Below are positions 9,006 to 16,892 of a stretch of DNA of 64,000 nt, in pieces (positions within the stretch are counted from its first letter, which is position 1; each line of letters begins with the position of its first letter). Both the position numbers and the translations under genes were made by a program. The DNA comes from an uncultured Bdellovibrionales bacterium (GTDB taxonomy: Bacteria > Patescibacteriota > Minisyncoccia > Moranbacterales > UBA1568), in NCBI GenBank assembly GCA_964384235.1, contig CAYLJX010000005.1, forward strand, positions 5,289-69,288, in the 5' to 3' direction. The notes under the pieces were generated by a model. That model saw only the letters and a list, made by a program, of their open reading frames with translations, was not told where the DNA came from and made no database searches.

Positions 9006-10427
9006 CTAACTGTAATACAGGCGTTCTTTCAGGACACTAAGTTCTTCTTTGAGGCGGAGATTCGTTTCCCTTCCCGTATCTATCTTTTCAAACGCGTGCA
9101 GGGCGGTCGTGTGGTCACGGCCACCAAGGAGTTCCCCGATGGTGGAAAACGGCGTCTGGAGTTCGCTTCGGAGGAGGTACATCATGACCTGGCGCGGATG
9201 GGCAATCTCTTTTTTCCGGCCCTTTTTCACCAGATCTTCCTTGGTGACACCGTAATAATCGACGATGACCTTGAAAATATCGTCTGACTGGAGATTTTTC
9301 TTGTTGATCTCGATGAGCTGAGCAAGGATTTTCTCCGTATTTTCCAGAGTCGGAGGGAATTTGTGGAATTCCGAGTAGGCGATGACGCGGTTGAGTGCTC
9401 CTTCTAGCTCGCGGATGTTCTGGGTGATGTGTTCGGCGATGTAGCGGAGCGCGTTTTCCTCGATTTGAAAGCCTTTTTCATCCACTTTTGACTGCAGGAT
9501 GGCGAGACGGGTCTCCAGGGTCGGACGGCTGATATCGGTGATCATACCCCCTTCAAAACGGGAACGGAGCCGGTCTTCCAGAGTCGGAATAGCCTTGGGC
9601 GGGCGATCGCTCGAGATGACGATCTGTTTGTTGAGCTGGTACAGGGCATTAAAGATATGGAAAAACTCATTCTGGGTCTTTTCGCGACCGGAGAGAAACT
9701 GCACGTCGTCGATGATGAGGAGATCCATCTGCTGGTAGTATTCCTTGAACTTGTCGATGTTCTGATTCTTGATGGAATCGATGAGTTCGGTGGTGAATCG
9801 TTCGGAAGTGATGTATTTGATGCGTTTTTCCGGAGCATTTTTCACCACTTCGTTGCCGATGGATTGGAGGAGATGGGTCTTTCCCAGGCCGACACCACCA
9901 TAAATGAAGAGCGGGTTGTACACCATCCCGAGGTTTTGTGAAACGGCGTAGCAGGCCGCGCGGGCGAGTTCGTTGTTCTCGGCCACGATGAAATTCTCGA
10001 AGGTGTAGCGGCTGTTGAGATTGGATTCGTGAAAAACAGGCGTACTCGGTGCCTGTGCCGGAGAGCCGAAAAACGGCTTCTCAATGATCTTTTTCCGGAC
10101 AAATCCGGTTTCCACCGATACCGAACCGGGCGCCTTGACGGCATCGATGTTTTTGACGGGATTCTGTGGAGGAAGAGGTTTGTCTTGGGTGATGAGGCAG
10201 CGGATTTCCTGGATGTCCGGCTGGATTGATTTGAGAGCCCGGAGGATGTAGAGATTATACTTATTTTCCAACCATTCCTTGGCAAAGCCGTTCGGGACGG
10301 CGATAGTGACCACCCCGTTTTCATTGCTCAGGACGCTGGTATTCTTGAACCACGTGACGAAATTCGCCTTGGAAATGGAAAGTTCTATCTGTCCCAAAAC
10401 CGCTTTCCAAAGCTCTTCGTTGGTCAT
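9006..10427 (-). CDS. dnaA: Chromosomal replication initiator DnaA
   Basis: 473 aa; AAA+ Walker A GVGLGKTHLLQSIGNE; C-terminal DnaA-box-binding domain; canonical origin context. Confidence 0.95.
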   Translation of the reverse strand: MTNEELWKAVLGQIELSISKANFVTWFKNTSVLSNENGVVTIAVPNGFAKEWLENKYNLYILRALKSIQPDIQEIRCLITQDKPLPPQNPVKNIDAVKAPGSVSVETGFVRKKIIEKPFFGSPAQAPSTPVFHESNLNSRYTFENFIVAENNELARAACYAVSQNLGMVYNPLFIYGGVGLGKTHLLQSIGNEVVKNAPEKRIKYITSERFTTELIDSIKNQNIDKFKEYYQQMDLLIIDDVQFLSGREKTQNEFFHIFNALYQLNKQIVISSDRPPKAIPTLEDRLRSRFEGGMITDISRPTLETRLAILQSKVDEKGFQIEENALRYIAEHITQNIRELEGALNRVIAYSEFHKFPPTLENTEKILAQLIEINKKNLQSDDIFKVIVDYYGVTKEDLVKKGRKKEIAHPRQVMMYLLRSELQTPFSTIGELLGGRDHTTALHAFEKIDTGRETNLRLKEELSVLKERLYYS

Positions 10428-10619
10428 AGAGGTCTGTCTTTAAACAAGTGAAAAGTATTATATCACCTCTTGTTTCCCGAGGCGAGGAGCTGAAAGAGAG
10501 AAATCGTGGATAACCGGTGTATAAGTGGACAACGTCGGGGAATGGCTCTGTGTTGACTTTTTTTGCGTTTGCTGGCACACTGGTAACACATTGTTTTGTC
10601 TTAATCTACATCGAATCGT
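10428..10619. promoter_or_regulatory. dnaA/rpmH divergent promoter region with additional DnaA-box-like sites
   Basis: cGTGGATAA at 10505-10513 and AAGTGGACAA nearby; second half of a bipartite origin as in Bacillus-type oriC. Confidence 0.5.
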
Positions 10620-10760
10620 ATGTCAAAGAGAACGTACCAGCCAAAGGCGAGAAAGCGGACCCGTCGTCACGGCTTTCTTGAGCGGATGCGTACCAAGGGT
10701 GGTCAGGCAGTGATTACCCGTCGTCGCCGACAGGGACGCAAGAAGCTCTCGGTGGCTTAA
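10620..10760 (+). CDS. rpmH: 50S ribosomal protein L34
   Basis: Hand-translated 46-aa [49 protein letters not shown] (below the track size cut-off); classic rpmH-rnpA-yidC-jag order. Confidence 0.95.
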   Translation: MSKRTYQPKARKRTRRHGFLERMRTKGGQAVITRRRRQGRKKLSVA

Positions 10761-10771
10761 AAAAGGGTCGT

Positions 10772-11110
10772 ATGCTGGATCGGCGCTTTCGTCTGAGGAA
10801 AAAGGAAGACTTTGATCGGGTTTTTCGTCAGGGGAAGCCCCTTTTTTTTGGGGAAATCGCCTGTCGGGTGGCGCCTAATGCCCTTCCGCATCTCCGGGTA
10901 GGCTTTTCGTTCAGCAAAAAGTATCTTCCCAAGGCGGTCTCTCGCAATCGCTTGCGCCGCCTTCTTTCGGAGAGCTTGGCTCTTTCCAAGGATCAGTGGC
11001 CGAAAACAGGGGCGGATATCGTGTTTTTTGTCGTAAAAAAACCCGCATCGCTCACACTTGATGGTATACTGCCTGTAGTTTCCATGACTCTGGAAAAGTT
11101 AAACAAATAA
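10772..11110 (+). CDS. rnpA: RNase P protein component
   Basis: 112-aa basic protein; MLDRRFRLRKKEDFDRVFRQGK... and ...RNRLRRLLRE-like motif; downstream of rpmH. Confidence 0.9.
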   Translation: MLDRRFRLRKKEDFDRVFRQGKPLFFGEIACRVAPNALPHLRVGFSFSKKYLPKAVSRNRLRRLLSESLALSKDQWPKTGADIVFFVVKKPASLTLDGILPVVSMTLEKLNK

Positions 11111-11113
11111 GAC

Positions 11114-11851
11114 TTGCTCATTATGATGGAATTTTTCGATACCCTCGTCTATCAGCCGCTCTACAATGTCCTGGTTTTCCTGTATAACGCTGTTCCCGGA
11201 CAGGATTTCGGTATCGCCATCATCCTGACGACGATCGCTCTCAAGACGGTTCTCATCCCGCTTTCCAAACAGCAGATCGTTTCCCAGAAGAAACTCCAGG
11301 AGCTGCAGCCGAAGATGAAGGAGATCCAGCAGAAGCACAAGCACGACAAGGAGCAGCAGACCAAGGCGCTCATGGAGTTCTACAAGGAAAACAAGGTCAA
11401 TCCGTTCGGAGGATGCCTGCCGCTCATCATCCAGCTCATCTTTCTCATCGCGATCTATCGCGTCATCATCAATATTTCCGATGCCGGATTTGTAGTAAAC
11501 GCAAGCGATCTCTACCCGTTCGTGAGCAACCCCGGATCGGTGAACCATCTATTCCTCTCGTTCATGGATCTGACCCGGCCGAACTACGTCCTCGCGCTTC
11601 TTTCGGCGGTAGCCCAGTATTTTCAGACAAAAATGCTTTTCCCAAGCCAAAAGAACGAATCTTCCGAGAAAGAGGACTCAACGCAGCCTGATTTTGCCGC
11701 TATAATGAATAAGCAGATGCTGTATCTCGGTCCCGGCCTCACCTTCTTCATCGGTGTGACCTTTCCGGCAGCTCTCTCGCTCTACTGGCTCTTCTCGACG
11801 CTCTTCATGATTTTCCAGCAGAAATTCATCTTTAACGTACGGAAAGGATAA
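11114..11851 (+). CDS. yidC: Membrane protein insertase YidC/Oxa1 (short form)
   Basis: 245 aa; TM helices and conserved ...KQQIVSQKKLQELQPKMKEIQQKHK...NPFGGCLPLIIQLIFLIAIY...; origin-proximal position. Confidence 0.88.
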   Translation: MLIMMEFFDTLVYQPLYNVLVFLYNAVPGQDFGIAIILTTIALKTVLIPLSKQQIVSQKKLQELQPKMKEIQQKHKHDKEQQTKALMEFYKENKVNPFGGCLPLIIQLIFLIAIYRVIINISDAGFVVNASDLYPFVSNPGSVNHLFLSFMDLTRPNYVLALLSAVAQYFQTKMLFPSQKNESSEKEDSTQPDFAAIMNKQMLYLGPGLTFFIGVTFPAALSLYWLFSTLFMIFQQKFIFNVRKG

Positions 11852-11856
11852 CCTCT

Positions 11857-12342
11857 ATGGACAGCACAGCCCTCAACGAAACACTCAAAAAAATCCTTCT
11901 CGAAGTCCTCGGGAAGATGGGATTTTCGGCCGAGGTGGAAGTGTCGGAAGAAGCCGGTGAACCGGAACCGACGCTCCACTGTGCCGTCCAGGTCCAGGGA
12001 GACCAACATTTTCTCATCGGACAGCATGGAATCAATCTGGCAGCGCTTCAATACGTGGTGCGGGCGATATTCCGTAAGCAGACCGGGGAGCGGACGAACA
12101 TCGTGGTGGATGTGAACGGCTATTACGCCGACAAGCGGGCGCTCATCGAGAAAGAAGCGGAAAAAGCGGCAGAGGAAGCCCTGGAAAACCAGATATCCGT
12201 CGCGCTCCGGCCGATGCTTCCCTATGAACGGAAGATCGCTCATGCCTATCTTTCCAAGAATCCTTCCATCATGACCGAAAGTGTCGGAAAGGGAGAAGAC
12301 CGCAAGGTCATGGTGCGCCCCCGTCCGCAAACGGAAGCGTAG
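11857..12342 (+). CDS. jag: Jag/SpoIIIJ-associated KH-R3H RNA-binding protein
   Basis: 161 aa; KH domain (FLIGQHGINLAALQYVV) and R3H region; follows yidC. Confidence 0.85.
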   Translation: MDSTALNETLKKILLEVLGKMGFSAEVEVSEEAGEPEPTLHCAVQVQGDQHFLIGQHGINLAALQYVVRAIFRKQTGERTNIVVDVNGYYADKRALIEKEAEKAAEEALENQISVALRPMLPYERKIAHAYLSKNPSIMTESVGKGEDRKVMVRPRPQTEA

Positions 12343-12358
12343 TCCTTGAAAACCTCTC

Positions 12359-13813
12359 ATGGCCCTGGCTCGAAAAATCGCCTATAACGTGGTCTTCAAC
12401 TCCTTCTTCAAGGTGTTTTCCACGGTGGCGCTCTCCCTTTTTTCCATCCGTCTCATCACGGGATATCTCGGTCAGGACGGTTTCGGAAAGTATGCGACCG
12501 TACTGGCTTTTTTCGCGTTCTTTTCGGCGGTGGCCGATCTGGGGTTGGGGACGGTGACGGCTCGGGAGATTTCCCGCGAAGGAGCCGACGAAGGTCGTAT
12601 CCTGGGAAATGTCGTGACGCTCCGGCTCCTGTCTTCCCTCGGGCTCATTCTTGTCGCTCCGCTTCTCATTTTCTTCTTCGATTATTCCACCGATCTCAAG
12701 ATCGGCATCTTTTTTGCAGCTCTCGCTATCCTGTTCTCGACGTTTTCCTTGGTTCTCAACGGAATCTTTCAGAAGAATCTCGCCATGGACAAGGTGGCCA
12801 TGGTCGAGTTCTGCGGAAAAATCCTCCAGGTCGGCCTGGTGGTACTCATTGTCAAGGAAGACTTCGGCTTTCTCGCCATCGCAGCGACGCTCCTCGCTTC
12901 GCTTTCCTTCAATGCCCTGGCAGCTTTTACCTTAAGTCGTCGGTATGCGACCTTTCGTTTGCGCATAGATTTTCCTTTTTGGAAAAGCTTTCTCAAGGAG
13001 TCCTGGCCGATGGGCATGACGGCTCTCATCACGTTTTTCTACTTCAAGATGGACACCATCCTTCTTTCGGTGATGCAGTCGTCGGCCCATGTCGGTATCT
13101 ACAATGTCGCCTACAAGATCCTCGAGAACCTGATCTTCTTCCCGGCGATGCTCGCCGGCCTCATCCTCCCCTTGCTTTCGCGCTTCATTTTCACACGACG
13201 GGCGCAGTTTGAGGAGATTGCCGACAAGACATTCAAGGTCTTCTGGATCATCATCATTCCTCTGGTGGTCGGGACGTTTTTCCTGGCGCAGGATATCATC
13301 ACCATCGTGAGCGGTACGGGCTTTCCGGAATCGGTCACCGTGCTCCGCATCCTCGTTTTTTCTCTGGCCTGCATCTTTTTCGGACACTACTTCAACATGC
13401 TGCTTCTGGTCGGCAATGCCCAGAAACGTCTCATGCAGACTCTTCTTTTGGCCGCTGCGTTCAACCTCTCCCTGAATTTCTTCCTTATCCCCCGGTATTC
13501 GTATCTCGGATCGGCGTTGACGGCGGTGGCGACCGAACTCTTGGTGGTGTTCCTGACGGCGTTCCTGACCCGCCGGTACATCCGGTATGTCCCTTCATTC
13601 GAGAGCTTCTGGAAAATCCTGCTTTCAGGAAGCGCGATGGCGATTGCGGTCTTTTTCCTGGAGCCGGTTTCTTTTCTGCTCGCGGGATTTTTCGGAGTCC
13701 TCGTCTATTTCGGCGTGTTGTGGATGACTCGGGCGATCACTTCCGACGAAATCAGAAGTCTCTTTCCTCACAAGGGGGAAGAGATACCGGACGCGGAATA
13801 TCCGGTGGCATAG
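12359..13813 (+). CDS. Polysaccharide biosynthesis protein / oligosaccharide flippase (Wzx-like, MOP superfamily)
   Basis: 484 aa with ~12-14 TM helices; RfbX/Wzx-like N-terminus; adjacent to glycosyltransferases and a Wzy-like ligase. Confidence 0.7.
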   Translation: MALARKIAYNVVFNSFFKVFSTVALSLFSIRLITGYLGQDGFGKYATVLAFFAFFSAVADLGLGTVTAREISREGADEGRILGNVVTLRLLSSLGLILVAPLLIFFFDYSTDLKIGIFFAALAILFSTFSLVLNGIFQKNLAMDKVAMVEFCGKILQVGLVVLIVKEDFGFLAIAATLLASLSFNALAAFTLSRRYATFRLRIDFPFWKSFLKESWPMGMTALITFFYFKMDTILLSVMQSSAHVGIYNVAYKILENLIFFPAMLAGLILPLLSRFIFTRRAQFEEIADKTFKVFWIIIIPLVVGTFFLAQDIITIVSGTGFPESVTVLRILVFSLACIFFGHYFNMLLLVGNAQKRLMQTLLLAAAFNLSLNFFLIPRYSYLGSALTAVATELLVVFLTAFLTRRYIRYVPSFESFWKILLSGSAMAIAVFFLEPVSFLLAGFFGVLVYFGVLWMTRAITSDEIRSLFPHKGEEIPDAEYPVA

Positions 13814-13832
13814 GGTTCACACGAGAACGGTT

Positions 13833-14696
13833 ATGGGGAACAGGGTGGCTATCATCGTGCTGCACTACAAGAACGGACACCTGGAATCATGCCTGGAGTC
13901 CCTGTTTCGGCTGACGTACGAAGAAAAGGAAGTGATCGTCGTGGACAATGCTTCGGAAGACGGTTCCCTGGAAAAGGTGAAGCAGAGGTTTCCGCAGTGT
14001 CTTTTCATCGAAAACGGGAAAAATCTCGGATTTGCCGGAGGGATGAATGTCGGTATCCGGGCGGCCTTGGAACGAGGGGCGGATTGGATATGGCTTTTCA
14101 ACAATGATGCCGTTGCGGAAGGAAACTCCCTTTCTGTGCTCATGGGCGCGGCAGAAGGAAACAGGAAGGCCGGATTGTTCAGCCCCGTTATCTTGGATGC
14201 TTCTGGTCGAAACGTCTGGTTTGCCAAGGGAAGGGTGAACTACCTGCGGATGCGCACGGAACATCAGACGGTGTCACAAGCGTCGCTTCGGGAAGCATCC
14301 TATCCGAGCCAGATCCTTACCGGGTGTGCTCTCCTTATCAACAGGACAGTGATAGAACGTATCGGACTTCTCGATGAGCGGTTTTTTCTTTATTACGAGG
14401 ACGCGGACTATTCCCTGCGGGCGCTCAAGGCGGGTTTCGAGAACATCGTCGTTCCCGGGGCCCGCGTCTATCACGGCGAACAGAGTCGTTCCAATCCTGA
14501 CAAAGTTTATCATCTGGTTCTTTCAGGACTGCTTTTCTTTGCGACACATGCTCCCTGGTACTGGAGGCTCTATCTGGCGGCGTATGGTACAATACGGAGA
14601 CTGAAAAACGCATTCGATGTCCGTTTCAGGAGGGGCGGCACGTCGTTACGGGTACGGGAAGCGTACCGAGACTACCTCCATGCAAGAAATACCTGA
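13833..14696 (+). CDS. Family 2 glycosyltransferase
   Basis: N-terminal VAIIVLHYKN...VIVVDNASEDGS, DxD-like region and GFAGGMN motif typical of the GT2 GT-A fold. Confidence 0.8.
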   Translation: MGNRVAIIVLHYKNGHLESCLESLFRLTYEEKEVIVVDNASEDGSLEKVKQRFPQCLFIENGKNLGFAGGMNVGIRAALERGADWIWLFNNDAVAEGNSLSVLMGAAEGNRKAGLFSPVILDASGRNVWFAKGRVNYLRMRTEHQTVSQASLREASYPSQILTGCALLINRTVIERIGLLDERFFLYYEDADYSLRALKAGFENIVVPGARVYHGEQSRSNPDKVYHLVLSGLLFFATHAPWYWRLYLAAYGTIRRLKNAFDVRFRRGGTSLRVREAYRDYLHARNT

Positions 14697-15459
14697 ATTT
14701 TCCCTTATTTTCGTCAATTACCGGAGCGCCCGGTATCTTTCCCGGGCCCTGCGGAGTCTGTTCGCTTCCGAGAAAAAAGGCTCTTTCGAGGTTATCGTCG
14801 TGAACAATGACGAGAAAGAGGAACGCGTGCTTCAGGGGCTGCGGCAGTTTTTCCCTTTTCAATTGATCCAAAGCGGATCCAATATCGGTTTCGGTGCGGC
14901 TAATAATATCGGGGTGAGCGTCGCAAGAGGAAGCCTCATCGGATTTCTCAATCCCGATACGTTCTGGGAAGGAGAAAAGCTCCCAAACATTTCCCGGTCC
15001 TTTTCATCATATTCGAACGGAGGAGTACTGGGACTGGGGCTCATCGACGGGAAAGGAGAGCGTGAAACGTGGAGCGCGGGGCGATTTCCGACCCTTTTTC
15101 GGATAGTATGGAACAATATCGCCGGAGGGTATTTCTTGGGACAGGATGAATCCGTGGAATGGGTAAGCGGCGGAGCGCTCTTTATCCGCAAAGACGTCTT
15201 TCAGGGAATCGGCGGTTTCGATGAACGGTTTTTTCTGTACTTCGAGGATGTGGATCTCTGTGTCCGGGTGAAAGAAATCGAATACGAGGTGCGACTCGAT
15301 CCGCAGATGAACCTTCGGCACTATGGAGGAAAGAGTCATTTTTCCCGGGGGCGTCAGAAAATGGATTTTTTCCGTTCCCAGGATCGTTATTTTCGGAAGC
15401 ATCGGCCTTGGGAATACGTGGGTTTAAGAGTATTGCGATTTCTCCGGTATGGGTTCTGA
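14680..15459 (+). CDS. Family 2 glycosyltransferase (second copy)
   Basis: FSLIFVNYRSARYL...VIVVNNDEKEE...GFGAANNIG motifs. Start taken at ATG 14680 (MQEIPEF), overlapping the upstream gene by 17 nt; the track start is 14617. Confidence 0.75.
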   Translation: MQEIPEFSLIFVNYRSARYLSRALRSLFASEKKGSFEVIVVNNDEKEERVLQGLRQFFPFQLIQSGSNIGFGAANNIGVSVARGSLIGFLNPDTFWEGEKLPNISRSFSSYSNGGVLGLGLIDGKGERETWSAGRFPTLFRIVWNNIAGGYFLGQDESVEWVSGGALFIRKDVFQGIGGFDERFFLYFEDVDLCVRVKEIEYEVRLDPQMNLRHYGGKSHFSRGRQKMDFFRSQDRYFRKHRPWEYVGLRVLRFLRYGF

Positions 15460-16738
15460 AGAGACCGAAAAAGAAGGAAGGATGCTCCACTGGCTGCTTG
15501 GGGGGTATTTTTTCATTCTCCCTTTCCAGTTCGCGCTCAGTCCCCTTCCTGGTATCGATCTTCCTTTGATGCGGGCAGGCTCTCTCATCTTGGTGCTTCT
15601 GTGGCTTTCTTTCGGTCTTTTCAGGCGTCGGATCGATCTTCCTCGGAGTCCGATAGCTCTTTTTTTGGTAAGCTTTCTCGCTCTTTCGCTCTTTTCTTTC
15701 TTTGTCGCGGAAAACCAGTCGTGGTTCGTAAGAAAGAGTCTTTTTCTACTCTCGTTTCTTCCGTTTTTCTTCGTCATCGCGGCAGGAACCGTGAAGCCGC
15801 AAGAAAAAGTTTCTCTCGCCAAGGCCTTCGTCTCCGGCGCCGCCCTCTCTGCGGGCATCGGCATCCTTCAGTTCCTCTCCCAGTTCGTCTTTTCGGTGGA
15901 AACCGTTTTTTCTTTCTGGACGCGGTCGGCGCTGCCGATATTCTTGGGCCGATCGTTCGGAGAGGTGGTGGCGACATACCCGAGCCTCCTGGTCAATATC
16001 GGTGGGGAGACGGTTTTGCGCGCCTCTTCGCTGTTCCCAGACCCGCACATGGCCGCCTTTTATTTCGGTATGGCGTTTCCGATCGCTCTCGCCCTCTCTT
16101 TTCTGGTACAAGGAAAGAAAGAAAAGAAGTGGCTGCTTGCCGCTTCGGCTTTTCTTTTGGCAGCGGATCTGCTGACGTTCTCGCGAGGCGGATATGTCGG
16201 ACTGTTTGGAGCCGGCCTTATCGGTGCCGGAATATTCTTCGGTCGGAAAGTTTCCGCGAAGAAACTCATAACCGGCAGTATGGTAATCCTGCTCCTTGGC
16301 GTTCTCTTCGTAGCGAGCCCTGTGGGGGAACGCTTCCTATCGAGCTTTTCTCCGAGTGACGGATCGAACAGCGAGCGTCTCCGGCTGTGGCAGGAGGGTC
16401 TGGGGCATCTCTCGGAGCAGCCCTTTTTCGGGTACGGCTTGGGGAATTACCCGCTCATCGTCAAGCCGAGCGCGGCGTATCGTGAGCCGATCTATGCGCA
16501 CAACCTCTATCTCGATATCGCCCTTGAGACAGGACTTGCCGGCCTCGTGTTTTTTCTCCTTTTTCTTTTCGGATCTCTGTCCATAGCGTGGCGGAAGTGG
16601 AAAAAAAGTGTCGATATTTTTTCCTTAGGAATCTTCTTTTCCCTTCTGGTCTTCTCTTTTCACGCGTTTTTCGAGACCCCACTCTTTTCAGTGCATATCC
16701 TGCCGATACTTCTTCTCTTGACCGCGCTTGCGGTATAA
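15449..16738 (+). CDS. O-antigen ligase/polymerase (Wzy_C domain) membrane protein
   Basis: Many TM helices; FSRGGYVGL...RLRLWQEGLGHLSEQPFFGYGLGNY...HNLYLDIALETGLAGL motif; ATG overlaps the upstream stop (ATGGGTTCTGA). Confidence 0.7.
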   Translation: MGSEETEKEGRMLHWLLGGYFFILPFQFALSPLPGIDLPLMRAGSLILVLLWLSFGLFRRRIDLPRSPIALFLVSFLALSLFSFFVAENQSWFVRKSLFLLSFLPFFFVIAAGTVKPQEKVSLAKAFVSGAALSAGIGILQFLSQFVFSVETVFSFWTRSALPIFLGRSFGEVVATYPSLLVNIGGETVLRASSLFPDPHMAAFYFGMAFPIALALSFLVQGKKEKKWLLAASAFLLAADLLTFSRGGYVGLFGAGLIGAGIFFGRKVSAKKLITGSMVILLLGVLFVASPVGERFLSSFSPSDGSNSERLRLWQEGLGHLSEQPFFGYGLGNYPLIVKPSAAYREPIYAHNLYLDIALETGLAGLVFFLLFLFGSLSIAWRKWKKSVDIFSLGIFFSLLVFSFHAFFETPLFSVHILPILLLLTALAV

Positions 16739-16839
16739 TAACGGGCATCGACCCGATTTTACCGTCACCTCGCTCGCCTGCCTGCCGGTAGGCAGGGAAA
16801 CGAAAATGAATTTTCGTTTCACTCGCTACGTTCGGTAAT

Positions 16840-16865
16840 AAAAACCTCCCAAAAGGAGGTTTTTA
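16840..16865. terminator. Bidirectional terminator between the convergent wzy-like and PBP genes
   Basis: aaaaaCCTCCcaaaaGGAGGttttt. Confidence 0.6.
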
Positions 16866-16892
16866 AATCTTTAAATATAAAGATAGAGATTT

